In this document: in pieces, positions 11,270 through 24,500 of the stretch | Position numbering within the stretch: the first letter of the stretch is position 1 | How the letters are laid out: each line of letters opens with the position of its first letter | NCBI GenBank assembly: GCA_000934665.2 | Contig: JYFJ02000421.1 | Span: 1-64,000, forward strand | Length of the DNA stretch: 64,000 nt | Direction: 5' to 3' | Origin: Catajapyx aquilonaris | Taxonomy: Eukaryota | Notes under the pieces: model-generated | What the model was told of the DNA's origin: nothing | Seen by the model: only the letters and a program-made list of their open reading frames with translations | Databases searched by the model: none | Position numbers and translations under genes: made by a program

Positions 11270-14200
11270 GGTGGAATAGTAGTTTATGATCATGACACAA
11301 GTCCTTCATGCCTGCTGTTTGCTGTACAGTGCATTTATGGCGTACTTGATATATGCTCGCAGAACTACATATTCTGCTATGCTGATGGTGCAAAATAAAC
11401 TTAATAACGGGTGTCGTTGACAATCCGTATATAGGCATAGGAAAATGTAGAAATCTAACGTAGTCCTCAGGTTCCTGCTGCATGATAAGCGGAAATGGAA
11501 TTGCCGGAAGGAGGACCGTCGCCGATTTTTAAATCCGATATTATGTTGCGCCCGACTTCCTTTACTTCGGCCTAATACCGTATTTATATATCCGGCCTTT
11601 TTTAAAAACCACTTTGTGCGTTAATGACGTTAAGTTGCGGCAGAAGTCGGCATAATTTTTTCTGACATGGTACCATCACACCTGACTGCACAGCATGGAA
11701 AACACACTTTTTTATATATATAACAATACCTTGATCGATGTGTACGGTCAGATAAGCACGACATTACAGCATTGGATACTGTAATTCGGTCTTCCAGAAA
11801 TTATGACAATGCGTGACTTTTGGGGCTGCCGCCTACCGGAACTAAAAATTGTAACGACAAAAGTGCAATTATTTTTTAAAGGACATGCATTTCGTTTCAG
11901 GCCTATAATAAAGCTATAACTGTTGACTAATAGAACTTTCGCCTGCATGTAATTTGGAACATGACTTATAAACCTCCTTCCGATTACTGTCACGGTTACG
12001 CAAATTGAGAATTATATTTTCAACAGGCAACGTTTTACGAAATGACCGTCTTAAAAAAAGGAATCATGTCTTACAATGTATAAATTTGCTTCAGTAATTT
12101 CCGTTGAAAAGTACAATAATGCTGAATTATAATTTTCGTGTTCTCAAATGTAGAGTAATCGCCTTAATACTGACGTCGCAGCTGAGTTGTAATTGCATGG
12201 TATTTGTTCATCTGCATCGCAATAAAATATAAGAGCATTATTCTCTAGCCCTCTTAGCTTATTTGTTCATATCCACTCCCTCATTATGTCTCATACATAC
12301 TGTTTGGTGGTACATTGTTCTATACCCTGATTGAGGGTATATCCAACTAATTATATGGTACAATATATACATGAAGCAAGTTGCAGCAACCTTATTATGT
12401 TACTATATACTATTAGTAGACTATACAATCTCCAGGTAAAAGGCCACGTAACCAATCAGAGTAGTCTGTAACAAAAATTTCATTGCAAGGAATAATATAA
12501 CTTAGTGCTAGTTTTATGACAGGCATATTGATTATGTACGATATAAGCTTACAGTTACAATGGGATGATGGAGTATGGCGGATCACATGTACAAAGTATA
12601 CGCAGGGTTCGGTTATTGTATATTACATATAGTGCATATATTTTCACTTTTCGGTTATTTACATATTGGTACATTTTAGAACTTCGTCGTCATTATTTCT
12701 GCACGCCATATACTATATTATATACGTACCAATGGTTACATTATTTTCTGTTACCGCCACTTCCATAAAAAGTATACTGTAAATGCACTCCTATATAATA
12801 CCATCTGGTAAGCGAATTCAAGCTGACAATGAGATTTCCGCTTGAAAGGGTTATCAAACTCCGAAAGCAAGCAAATCTTGTCACATTTTACGCCATTGTT
12901 GGCCAGGTATATTCTTCGATCCAATTAGCCTCTCCTTGAGAGAAAATAATAAGAGGCCGCTGTAAACAATAAGGTTGTATATAAATATTTGTACTGAGTT
13001 CACGAAGTTAGCATTGTCGGCGTTTATGTTATTTAGCAATGCAAGAAGTGCGCTTTGTATGCGTAAGTTGCATGATAAGAGCAAGTTAGGCAACTCGCCC
13101 AGACTGGCTGCGTGATTTGGCCCACGGGCCAGAAACCGCCCATACCATAAGGGGCGTCTGACTATGCAGTATACTGTTCGATCTATGCTATAGATGGGGC
13201 ATATATCTTGCAGGTTTGTATGGCAGAATTGATCACACATTCGTATCGGTGGAAATATTGCAGACTCTCGCCCCTGTGAACTCAGCTTCAACTTTAGAGT
13301 TGAAATGTAGCCTATAAAACACAATTGAAAAGCCCATTGCATGTGCTGTCCAGAGGTGTGTGTAACGCTCTGCCAATATACTTGAAGGCGAGGCAACAGG
13401 AATTAGTTTCGGAAACGAACGTCCGCGAAATTTACATCGATGCGGATGTGAGCTCAATTCTGAAACACGCTGTATATACCGCATGTAGGACTGATGTAGT
13501 CCAAGCGCAAAGCAGTGCTGGGTTTGATTCCCGGTTTCGTCTAGTTTGAATATAATATGATGTTTCCTTATATGTAGTTTTTTTTGGAGTCCCTTGGCTG
13601 TTAAAAAAACCTTTGCCGAACAGTTGTGTACGGAATGACTTTAAAATGATTGATGTCATGAGACGTACAAGTTGATAGGTCCCTTTGGTTCTCGTAAAGT
13701 TTAAGTAAAGTCTGCAGTCTTGCCAACAAACCTGCTCATAAACTTTACTACCAACTTCTGCTTCTCAGGTCCTCAACCGGGACGTTACCCTGCTGTTTTT
13801 TTTATATATAGCAATGACACTTTCTAGCATTCAGACCGCACTTTTTCGCCACCGCTTTCTTTCATGTGACTCTCTATATAGAATGATAAAGTTATAAATC
13901 CACGTATGATCATTCACCACAAATATGGTGAACACAACTGCTTCCCTGGAATTTCTGATTTGATAACAATGTTTAAAGGGATTTGCAGATCAGTGACTCA
14001 CCTTTCCATACACTTGTAAAGCTATTATAGATACATTGTTGCACATAATAAAAACTGCTAATAACTATCATTGGTGTACACTATACGGGGAATTTAATCA
14101 GGTGAAGGACACAAGGTCGGAAATGAAATAATCTACATATTGTAAGATCCTTCTGATAATGGGGCGTGCCTTCTACTATCCATAATTATATGGGAGCAAA

Positions 14201-16499
14201 GCACGTTATAATAACCAATATGGCCGCACTGGGTGTATATATACTGAAGAATAAGTACATATTGGCTCAGATTATACAGATTTTACGGCAATTGCATTTG
14301 ATGGGGTATATTGCATGAGTTTCTATAAAACATGTGAACTGAAAAACAATATTGGTTTAGGTGACTTGGTGAAAGATGTTTTTGGCTATATAGATTGGGC
14401 GTGTTTAGAACAAAATTGATCAAGACATTCGTGAAATGACGTTTACAGTTGCTGGCAATTTTGAAATAATGACCGCGGATTATGAAAAGCTCTGTTGCAC
14501 AAAACGTATGCATTAATAAAGTAAAAATGATGGGGTCGTGCAGGTTTATTCCCAGCTTCCATAATTTGTATACGAACATATGTCTAGCAACCTATTTGCG
14601 AAAAATTGTTGAATGACTAAATAAGATATACTGCACGGGCTTATGCACATTAAGAATATATAGGCTACGAATACTCAAATGAGACGAAGAAGAAAAATTC
14701 GTTAGCACGAAATTATGAAAAACTACTTATTCAAGTAAAAAGGTATTTCTGCATTTAATTATATTATTTCCTTGGGTCGTTTTATGCGGGAGGCTCCTTT
14801 CTGATTAGTGTAAGAATTCAAAAAGCTCCCTGAATAATGGGGCCCAAACTTTCAAACTCTAAAAAGAAATATTATACATCTGCTTGATATAGGCGACTTT
14901 GGCGGAACCTATACGCTGCAAACATGTTTATCTTGCCAAATGGTCCACACATGTGAGAATATGAGCAGATTTCTGAAGAAGAAAAAACATTAAAAGGAGT
15001 AAAATTCTGAATAATATATTACAACACACAACAGTTACCCGTGACTTTACAGCGAACAGTTTGCAGCATGTGACAACACAGGTGTATAGGATACCATTCT
15101 GCGTCGAAGAGTCCTATGATATTATACCAAAATGGGTATTTAGAGGTTTTTGGCCAAACTTTACGGAATCGTAGCGCCTTAACCGTTCATTTTTAGACAA
15201 GGCGCCAAATGGCTTTGTTACTCAGTCAGAATGGTGTCCTGCATCCTGTATCATATTGCCAAGCACCGTGCATTGTAACAATATCAACTATATACAAGCG
15301 TGATCAAAATTTTTGAGCGAAAAATTAATGAAAATTACTCGTCGTCGAGCAGAACATAACCATATATTGAGTGAAGTGCATTCAACTATTGGATATATAA
15401 ATCTCTCAAAGAAGAAAATCCCCACTTCAAAGAAAATATTTGAGCCGAAAACTCTTAAAATATTTTTGAGTGATAGGGTAAAACCCTCTATACAACTCAT
15501 GTTGTGTACCTGAAATTGTGTCAAGTCTCGAACCTGGGGCAATAGAAACCGAATCAAGATTCCACCCCGTGGCCATCGAAAACATGTTCTCAACTATATT
15601 TGGTTCCTTCGCTCTTTTTCTGACGCGAAATCAGGGAGGAAAAAAAGGAGGCGGGAATGAACATGCGCGGAAAGGAGTTGATAATATTGTTGTTACATGG
15701 CACTTTGGTGGCGCCGAGACGCTAATTTGGCATCGTTACGATTTGCCCGTCTCCTTATTAATACTAATTGGAGTGTTGCTCTAGCACTTATTTTTTCTGA
15801 CTTTTTGTATTTTTTTTTATCCGGTAGCCTTCCGTTGTGAGCGAACCCTTGTAAAAGTATGCGTTCTTATCAAGCGGCAAACACAGTTAACGATGTAAGA
15901 GGATTTTTATGGCACACCCGCTGGCCCTTTTGCCTTCCTGGAACCTCGGACTCTTTTTTTACAGGCCATTCAGTGCAGCCAATTAGTTCTTCTGTGGCTC
16001 ATGAAAATAATGTATAACCTGGCGATTAAAGTTGATTTGAATCTGGTAGAAGACAGACAACAAAGCGACCGACTACTTTGTCACTCGGGTATTGTGCGGT
16101 GTCGGCTAATCATCGCGAACCGGTAAATGTGAAAAGTACATCATTCATTATCAGGCTACAGAGGTATAAGCCTAATTGAATAGAGGAGGAATGGAATGTA
16201 ATTTATAATAAAAAGCAGGTAATTTTTTTTCAAATTGCGTGATGTACTTGATTCATTTGTACTTATGTATCACTTCGATTTAGGCCTATATGTGCGGGAA
16301 ACTCAGTGTATAGCACTTATAATTTATTATGCTTCTACAAGTAGTATATGCTTACCCACGTGGGTAACTACTGGTTGTTTACTTTTCAGTATTACTTTTA
16401 TACTCACTTCGTATAAGTTGCCACGGGAAAAAACATTACAGTGATGACATAAAGTGTGATATTTTAAAACATACAGTATTTCCCATCAAGCCTGTTATT

Positions 16500-16531
<32 letters not shown>
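16500..16531. repeat. (ATC)10 microsatellite
   Basis: Perfect ATC trinucleotide run. Confidence 0.95.
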
Positions 16532-17448
16532 TATGGCTATTATTATATGTTGCCTGGAAAGGGGTTTATACATGCACTGCGTTCGTGGTACGGTACCGGT
16601 ACGTATAACAACAGACCTGAAATTTCAAGCTAATATGATGATCTTTCCGATTACGAAAGTAAAGCACAATCAAGATAAGAACTCACAACAGGCAAGCAGA
16701 ATTGAGCCGTCCTATCCGTATGGTGACGGATATGAAATAGGCATATACCGTATATCTTCCACCTTCGAAGCCCAACATGAACACGTACTTGAAACTACTA
16801 AGTAATAGGCAATTCCAGCAGCTTGTCCTGCATATATATATATACACTAACCCACTTTGCGCGCCAGATATCAACGTAAAAGGGCCTAAAAGAGGCCCAA
16901 CTTTGTCCCTGTAGGCCTCTGTGCCACAATTTGATAGGTCGTCGGCTGATAAAGTCCAACACGGCTCGAATGTGCTTCCCAGAAACCAATCCCCATCGAT
17001 TTGGGATACGTGTAACGGATAATAGTTGATATCTCTTTGTAGATGAGCACACAAGGTTGAAAGTATTCAACACCGTCATTATAGAATGGCCTATATGTCA
17101 TTTACTCCGATGATGCGTGAATGATCCCGCACCCACTTCACGTCATCTGGTAGATAGAGAGAAAAAAAATGTAAGTGCCTTAATATCTGCGATTCCCTTT
17201 GAGCCTGCTCGAGATTGCTCGCGATAATTTCTATTTGACGTCGACAAAGGTGAGCATGTGCTGGCCATGCAATCCCCTCACCCTCCTGCTCCCTTCTCCT
17301 ATACCTCAACTTTCAGACCTGGAATAAACGTGTGCTTATCCAGTCTATATTGTACTCCGCGGGGGCTTGAATCACATTGTTTGCCCGGCCATGGACACTT
17401 ACAAACCTTTGCATAATTATATTGGTCATGTTTTATGGTAACCCAACA

Positions 17449-17522
17449 GTCCCTGTAGTTCAGTGGCAGAACTCACCTCTTACTATCGAGTGTGGACCTG
17501 GGTTCGATTCCCAGCAGGGGCA
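17449..17522 (+). pseudogene. tRNA-like element (tRNA pseudogene or isolated SINE head) in unc-4 intron 1
   Basis: Acceptor stem GTCCCTG/CAGGGGC (7 pairs, one G-T), D stem GTTC/GAAC, T arm CTGGG-TTCGATT-CCCAG, discriminator A. The anticodon arm is 19 nt and non-canonical, so no anticodon can be assigned. A T6 run follows at about 17554-17559. Confidence 0.7.
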
Positions 17523-19329
17523 TATGGGAATTAACATGTGACCGAACAGTAGCTTTTTTGCTAGTAGGCCTACTTGTCAGTGCAGGACATTTTATGTATT
17601 TGTCCTATATAATAATGTCAATTTATTGATATGCACACTTCAGATGCATGGTCCATAGTCTCCAAACTCATCTATGGATATAGGCTACATTCTATCAGTC
17701 TAGACTCTAGAGCCATGATATCATCCAATGTACTGTACCTTATGACTCAGTGAATGAAGACAAAATTACAGCATTCACTTTGGCTACATCCACTGACTCA
17801 CCCTGCCCCTGTATACTCGATCCAACCACGGGTCCATGAGCCAAACTGTGGCGCACGTGCAGCCGGAAGTACACCGCCATACTATACCCCTCCTCGTCGC
17901 CTGACCACCTCCACAAAAAAAAAACTACAAGGCTCTCCTTGTCTAAGAAAACGGGTAGCCCTTTTTCCGGGCCTGAAATATATATAGAGAGAGCCGGAAC
18001 CCACCTTTTCCTCGCTCGGCGGCTGTGCTTCCTAACACTGTGGGCAAGATATCACATCCGCTGTACATGATAATCATGGGTCAGCGGCGTCTTCCCGCGA
18101 TAAAACGGATCTTTTCAATCACGAAGGCCTCTGCCTTTTTCCTCCTCTTGCCTTGAATGGCAGGGAACAGGCTGCAATTCGCGCCCTTCTTATAAAAACC
18201 CAGTTTTTTAAAAATGAGATTCAAGGAAAGGCTTCAAAATTAATCAGGGTATTGTTATGTAGGTACACTTAGGTGGCGACAGAAATATCGACCAATTTTT
18301 TTGATTAGCTACATATAAAAAAAGTGGTCATAAAGTATGGAATAAGCTCCGAAAATGAAAGAGCAGGAAGTGGCGATCGAGAACATCTAAGAAGGCACGA
18401 CCTTCTCTATTTTTGATCGGCTTTGCTTCGGATAGATTACACTTCCATTTCATTTCGTTCCACTCAGCGCTAATCCCGTCTGCTGAAGCCCAAGACAATT
18501 TGAACATTATTAGATTTGCATGTTTCATGAGGTTCGACGCTTTCGGAAAGCAATCGGGACCGACTATCTGCGAGTGCGATCGAGCATTTAGGCTCGGACG
18601 CCAGAGCCGCTCAAAAGGACGCCTGCTCAAATAAGTCCCACGGGGGTATCATGAAGCAGACTATGGGATCTGCCCACAACCGATGGATCAGGTCGACTTC
18701 CTGTGTTGTCCATGTCCGCGGGTCAGCTGAATAAGTTTTGATGGAAGTGTTGTGCTCAGAATATAGGTTAGAATTGATATAAGATTGATACCGGTACTGT
18801 ATAGTGTTGACCCCCAGCACATAGTATACCGTGCTAATCAGCCAGCACCGCAAACTACAGTAGAAGCTGTTGTTTTACCTGTCAGACTCTCATTCTCAGG
18901 AGTATTTTTCCATCTAGCCCCAAAGCTGCTTATATTTATATTTACGCACCAAGCTGAGACACTTATCGCACGCAAGCGAATACGAAATGGAAACAAAGGG
19001 GGTGCTCAGCAAATATCGTCCAACAGATAACAGAGGCAAAGTGTACTGCATGATGCATCAGAAGTGTTGCAAGCCTGATCGATGTATCCAAATGACCATA
19101 TTCTAAGATCAATGATGAGTAAGCTACTGGTGTTTGACGAACTGACATGACATATGAAAAGAACAGTTCGAGATATGCTCTAATCCAAGATGGACACAGT
19201 TTAAGGAACCGGCAATTATATTATCTGCATACTCAAAGAACCTGCAGTTTCATCCCCAGGCTCCTATAGTCCTTTCCAGCACGTTAGTCCATTATAATAT
19301 CTGTCATTGTGTCCTCTCTTCAGCCCTTA

Positions 19330-19500
19330 GGGGCATACGCAAATTAAGTAATCCATTTTGATGAAGGGAAGTCCCAATAGACATGACGTTATAGATGAAG
19401 GGGAAATTGAGAAGGGGGAAAATTACGTCACCTATAAAACTTGCACCATGCAATTGGGGGAGGTGGTAAGGGGAGGAAATGATTATTTAAATATGGCACC
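19330..19500. mobile_element. Degenerate MITE, possibly PIF/Harbinger-type
   Basis: Left end TTA|GGGGCATACGCAAATTAAGTAA and right end TGATTATTTAAATATGGCACC are weak inverted matches. They resemble GGGGCCAT...AAATTACGT termini from memory; purine-rich interior. Confidence 0.35.
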
Positions 19501-21392
19501 AGTCTATAAAAATTGATTCATTGCAGCTCCTTTTCCAATCCGGCTCATTTCCATGCGTGATTCGGTAATCCCAAGAGGTATGGCTCCATTTGGATGATAG
19601 TTTCCTTTTGCATTAGTCTGAAAGCAGCGCATCATGATGGACGTGGATTAGATGGCAAAAATAGACTTAATACGTATACGCTTCCACTTTTGATATTTTG
19701 TTTCCGAATGTTTCAAATTGTGAAGGCGCAATTTCGAAAAGGGCTGGCTCTCACAAACTTGGGAATAGAGTCTTAAAATATACATATCGTGAGTTCACAG
19801 AGGGCATATTTTGTGAATCTGGTTTGGTTCAAATGGCAAATATTGTATTCTCTCTTTAGTTATAAAGCTAGTCACTTGACGTTTATACGCGCCTGTGGTG
19901 CTCGGGATCGTGTGATTATTATTTAATTAGCTAACAATTCTTGCACGGAATCGAGCAGTGGCGAGTTTTTAAAAAAAAACTTTGAAGGAACTGGAACAAC
20001 ATATGGATGCCACTAACGTTGTGACACATTTGAGTTTCCTTGGATTTTATCGCTATCCGCAAACACCTGGTAACCCTGTCAAATGAACTAGTTCTTTGGG
20101 AAATTAACGACACTGTAATGCAGACCTCGCTTGGTAATAACACTTCTGCCCAAAAAAAGGTGGGGGCGTGTAAAGACGTTTGAAAGTTGTTTGGCAACAC
20201 TTGGGGTGTAACGGAGAAGGTATATAAGGCGGTGGGAATTTTTATGCTTGGGAAAAGGTGATCGCACTAGTTACGTTGTCACAATTATCTTTTGTACGAT
20301 GCATATCCGTGGAGTTTGTTCTCGCTGTGTTCGCGTGGACTTTTTCGGGGGTACACTGCGCCACAATAACAATCCATCACAGTTCAGACAAGGAATAAAG
20401 TCGGTCATTTTAAAAGTGATCCCTAAATGGCTGCAGGCCTATCGCATGTTAACACCAAATTATATTCGTGGAGTAATTAGCATAATTATTTAATATTCTA
20501 CGCTGTATGCAGATTATATACTGTAAAATAGGGCATGATTATTTAATATTGGATATAAAATTAGTTTCATTATTTGTCATCATTATAGCGTTTTTATTGA
20601 TTTCTATGCAAAACACCCGACTGTGCTTATTTTTAAATTTTTCGTACAGAGGTGGGTACGTTATTTGTCCCATGAGGTAGTGTAGAAAATGATAAATATC
20701 ACAAAAAAACCTAGATTTTCCTATATGATTATTTCTCCCAGATGACAGTAGAAAAATCAGAGTTTGCCACATAATTACATAAAACAGTTAACCAATTACT
20801 TTGTCGTGCAGGACACTTGCATGCCAACCACGCATGAAATGTGGATGTAAATTATTTGGAGTTTGCTCCCAAGCTCCTGAAATATTCTAGTGCGTTACCA
20901 GACTGTGGGACGCATCGCAGCATATGTTTTTGTTGACCACTCGAGCAGTGAGCCAGCGCATTGAATGGCCGCGTCTATCTCTCTAGGAAAGATTGGGTTA
21001 TCGCAATTTGGCCCACGAAATGGAGCAATCCATGCTGCGTTCATCCTGTCTTCTAAAAAAAAAAAAAAGCGTACCGCCTACGTATAGCATCGGCCAGTCC
21101 TACGATCAACAACTTTTATGACCTGATTTTCTTTCAATTGGCTTCCACTCGCGACCTTCATCCCCATGATATATCTGACTAGAATTTTTTTTAAAGCATA
21201 GAAACAAACACGCGCTGGCCACACCCAAGGTTAGTCACCGTCTCATCAATCCCAGTTTGCAAAATTATCAGAACCGTTACAAGGTGGGAATACCGCCATC
21301 TATTGATGGCGTCGTGACATTACCGATTGTAGTGATGGCCATGTTGGGAGTTAGAATAGAGAAGTGGTCTCGATTGTGATTCCCCATTTCAG

Positions 21393-21559
21393 AAACGGAT
21401 GGGGACGAGCAGCCTGCTAAGAGACGTCGATCCCGGACAAACTTCAACAGCTGGCAGTTGGAGGAGCTGGAGAGGGCGTTCCAGGCCAGCCACTACCCGG
21501 ATGTGTTTATGCGGGAAGCCCTTGCAGTCAGACTCAACCTGAAGGAATCCAGGGTCGCG
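21393..21559 (+). CDS. unc-4: unc-4/Uncx homeobox protein, coding exon 2 (homeodomain residues 1-46)
   Basis: Acceptor TTCCCCATTTCAG|, translation (E)[55 protein letters not shown], donor GCG|GTCAGT (phase 0) at the PRD-class codon 46/47 intron position. Confidence 0.97.
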
Positions 21560-24500
21560 GTCAGTATCCTCAGCTTCTGCATGCTTACCCACCAATTACG
21601 ACACCTCCGTAAGGAGCTTAATTACGATGCAACCGGCCCCCATTAATTGTGTGGTCACCTTGCGCGCACCCTGGGCCATCTTATTTGAATAATGACTACG
21701 CCTAATGAAACGAAAATGGAAATGTATCACGCGAATTCACTTATCCTTAACATGTTTGACCTGTGTCGCAGCATGGGAGGGGAAAAAGAGGAAAAACTGG
21801 GGAAAAAAGAGATCTTTTCTGCAGCTGCTGGAAGAGGCGTCTCGTGATTTGCATATTTCTGATTTGCCTGAATATCACGTATGAGGGATTACATTTTCGT
21901 GCGGGCCATTTCGCGAACCGTGTGCAAAATCCAGGGCAATTATTTGCTTATTATGCCCCTGCCTCTGAAAGTGCGCGGGCTCATCTTAATGGTTGGAGGC
22001 ACTTTTATAAATTTCCATACATCGGAAGTGCCTGGGGGCAGCGGGATCATTAGGAGATCAAGATGCACATGTTCCCGACTTATTAGGATTACATGAATGT
22101 GTTGCAGGTGTGGACAGAGATGTGTAATTAACCTGCTGCGAAGCGTCGCAGAAAAGAGGAAAAATATGCAAATGTATACAATGGGCACGCCATTGCTATT
22201 AGTATTTCTCGGACATAACTGCTAACCTTTTCTTTCGAATTTCTCAAACATCCATCATTGGGGATTGTAGGGTAGGATTACGTATACATTTCCTACACAA
22301 AATTATGTAAACTAATATGAATCGGCCTCTTTGATGAAGGATGGTAAATAATTAGGGTGTGTTTTAGTGGACAACTGCTGTTCGTGTCGGTGGATATAAT
22401 TGGAAGCTTTCATTTTGCACGATCATGAAGATAAAGTAACTTTATAAATACCGCTTTTTAGAAGCTGGAACTTGGGAAGTGAAATGGTTATGTTGGTTGC
22501 AGGGAAATTGGCACACAATTACAGTAATCATAGGATGAATGAGAAACATACTAAGTGGTACTGGTAGTACATGATTGTACAAGCCTATAGAAAGTTGAAA
22601 TAAGACCACCGAGTTTTTAAGACGCATTTTATTTCAAGCGTTTTGAACCCAGTCTGTACCGGCCTCTATGTCACTCGCTGAAACAAGATTAAAGCTAGCA
22701 AAATAAGCACGAATGATGACAAAATTCGCGCATGCGTAGCATTTACCTCCGCCATTTGCAGAACTCCAATAGAGTCATTCGCCAGAAAATGTTTACTAAT
22801 ACTCCGCATCGGCCACTTTAATTTATGGCCTTACATATCTCAGGGGACAGCGTACATATCAGATGATGGAATTTCGAAATCGAAATCAGTTTAAAGAGAC
22901 GAATGGAGTTGTTACGAATGAATGAAGACCATGTTGATAACAGGATGCAAAAAAGGATAGGAGAATTGGACAGGGGAGCATTCCGGTCTCATATCTGCGC
23001 AGTTCCCTCCTCCTGCCCCTCCCACACAGAGGCATTTTCAAGGTTGGAAACATTATGAACGCAGAAAAATACATTTATTATAGCCTTCATTTTTAGCAGA
23101 GTAATCACATAAAGTCTAGAGCTGAATCTGATTTCTGTGGCGGCTGTGCACACCAGTATATATACCGCGGCTCTGCATATAACGAGCCGATTTATCAATA
23201 CCGGTAGCCTTTTATTTGCTAAATATTTAATTGAGCAATTGCACCGCTGGAATGGTTCAATTTGTCACATGTGTGTGCACGCGAACGTGAGAATCAACTC
23301 ATAAATGAAAACGTCACATCTCGGGCTAAAGATTGAAATGGACATGGATTCCCAATGCGTACAATTATTATGAAGTCCTCTTGGCTTTCATACGTCATTA
23401 ATTAACTTTTACTACCGCGCGGTTGGCCACCAAATCAATGGATTACAGTCATAGTTGAAAACAGCGCTGGAGTTACATAGAGAGGGAAGGGCCACATGAA
23501 TCGGCTTATTATTTGGATAGCCAACAATGAAAATTTATTACTGGGATTAAAATAAATATCCGTGCCCTACCCTGTGCAGTTTTCCATACGATTAGCACCA
23601 CTAAATATAATTATATAAAAATTTAACCACTCGTCGTGAAGCAGAAAATTGCATGTCATTCTTGGAGTCATGCATATAAAACTGGATTCATCTGACGAGC
23701 TGCAATGCTTGACATTTGCCAATATCACACTAAGCCAATACATACTGAAACCATAAGTTTAGAGCCACCAATTTAATAGCAGAACACCAGAAAAAAATGG
23801 ATGGCAATGACTGACGGTTTTCAAAAATTGAACAAAATTACTGGTAAGTTATTTACATAGGCTACAGCAAGTGACAGATTAGGACAGTCATGATAAGGTG
23901 CATGATCTGAAGAAATCATATCATAATTATGCTTTCGCTAATTTTTATTACACAAAAATATCGCTAAGTGCATTTGGCTCTATACAAACATGGGAAACCT
24001 AATGTAATCACGCACATGTGTATAGGCGGTCCCAATTCGGTCCCACAATAACGTTGTCAAGTCAGTGGACAGCCTTGTAACCCCTGGAAAGTGCAGGGAA
24101 ATTAAATTTTCACACGTATCATATCCATCTCTGTGCTGAGTCAGATACTTGCCCAGTGTGTAAGATTTACATTCTTCACGTCGCAACGATGAGATTCATG
24201 GAGCACGCAACCCCTCTACGAAATGTGCATAAAACCCGCCCTTTAGTTTCGTGCCGCAATTTTCAACTCCGACTGTCATGGCAAAAGTCATATTTTTATT
24301 TCCCAGTTCCTGCGGCAGATACGAGTTCGTGCTGGAGAGTCACATTCTCCAAATCACCAGGAGAGGGTACAGGGTGAGGTGAGTTGGGGGGGGGGGGGGG
24401 GNGATTTAATTACAAGTCTTTGCTTACGGTACGGTGGGTGGAGATTGACACGTCATTTCGCCATGACATTGACAATAAAATAATTCACTTGTCACCACTC

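Noticed and set aside
20672..20680. TGAGGTAGT as a let-7 gene
   Set aside because: Only the first 9 nt match, and there is no supporting hairpin.
21458..21646. ORF-track reading of exon 2 continuing as [12 protein letters not shown]...
   Set aside because: Read-through into intron 2. The GTCAGT donor at codon 46/47 and the matching exon 3 explain the structure.
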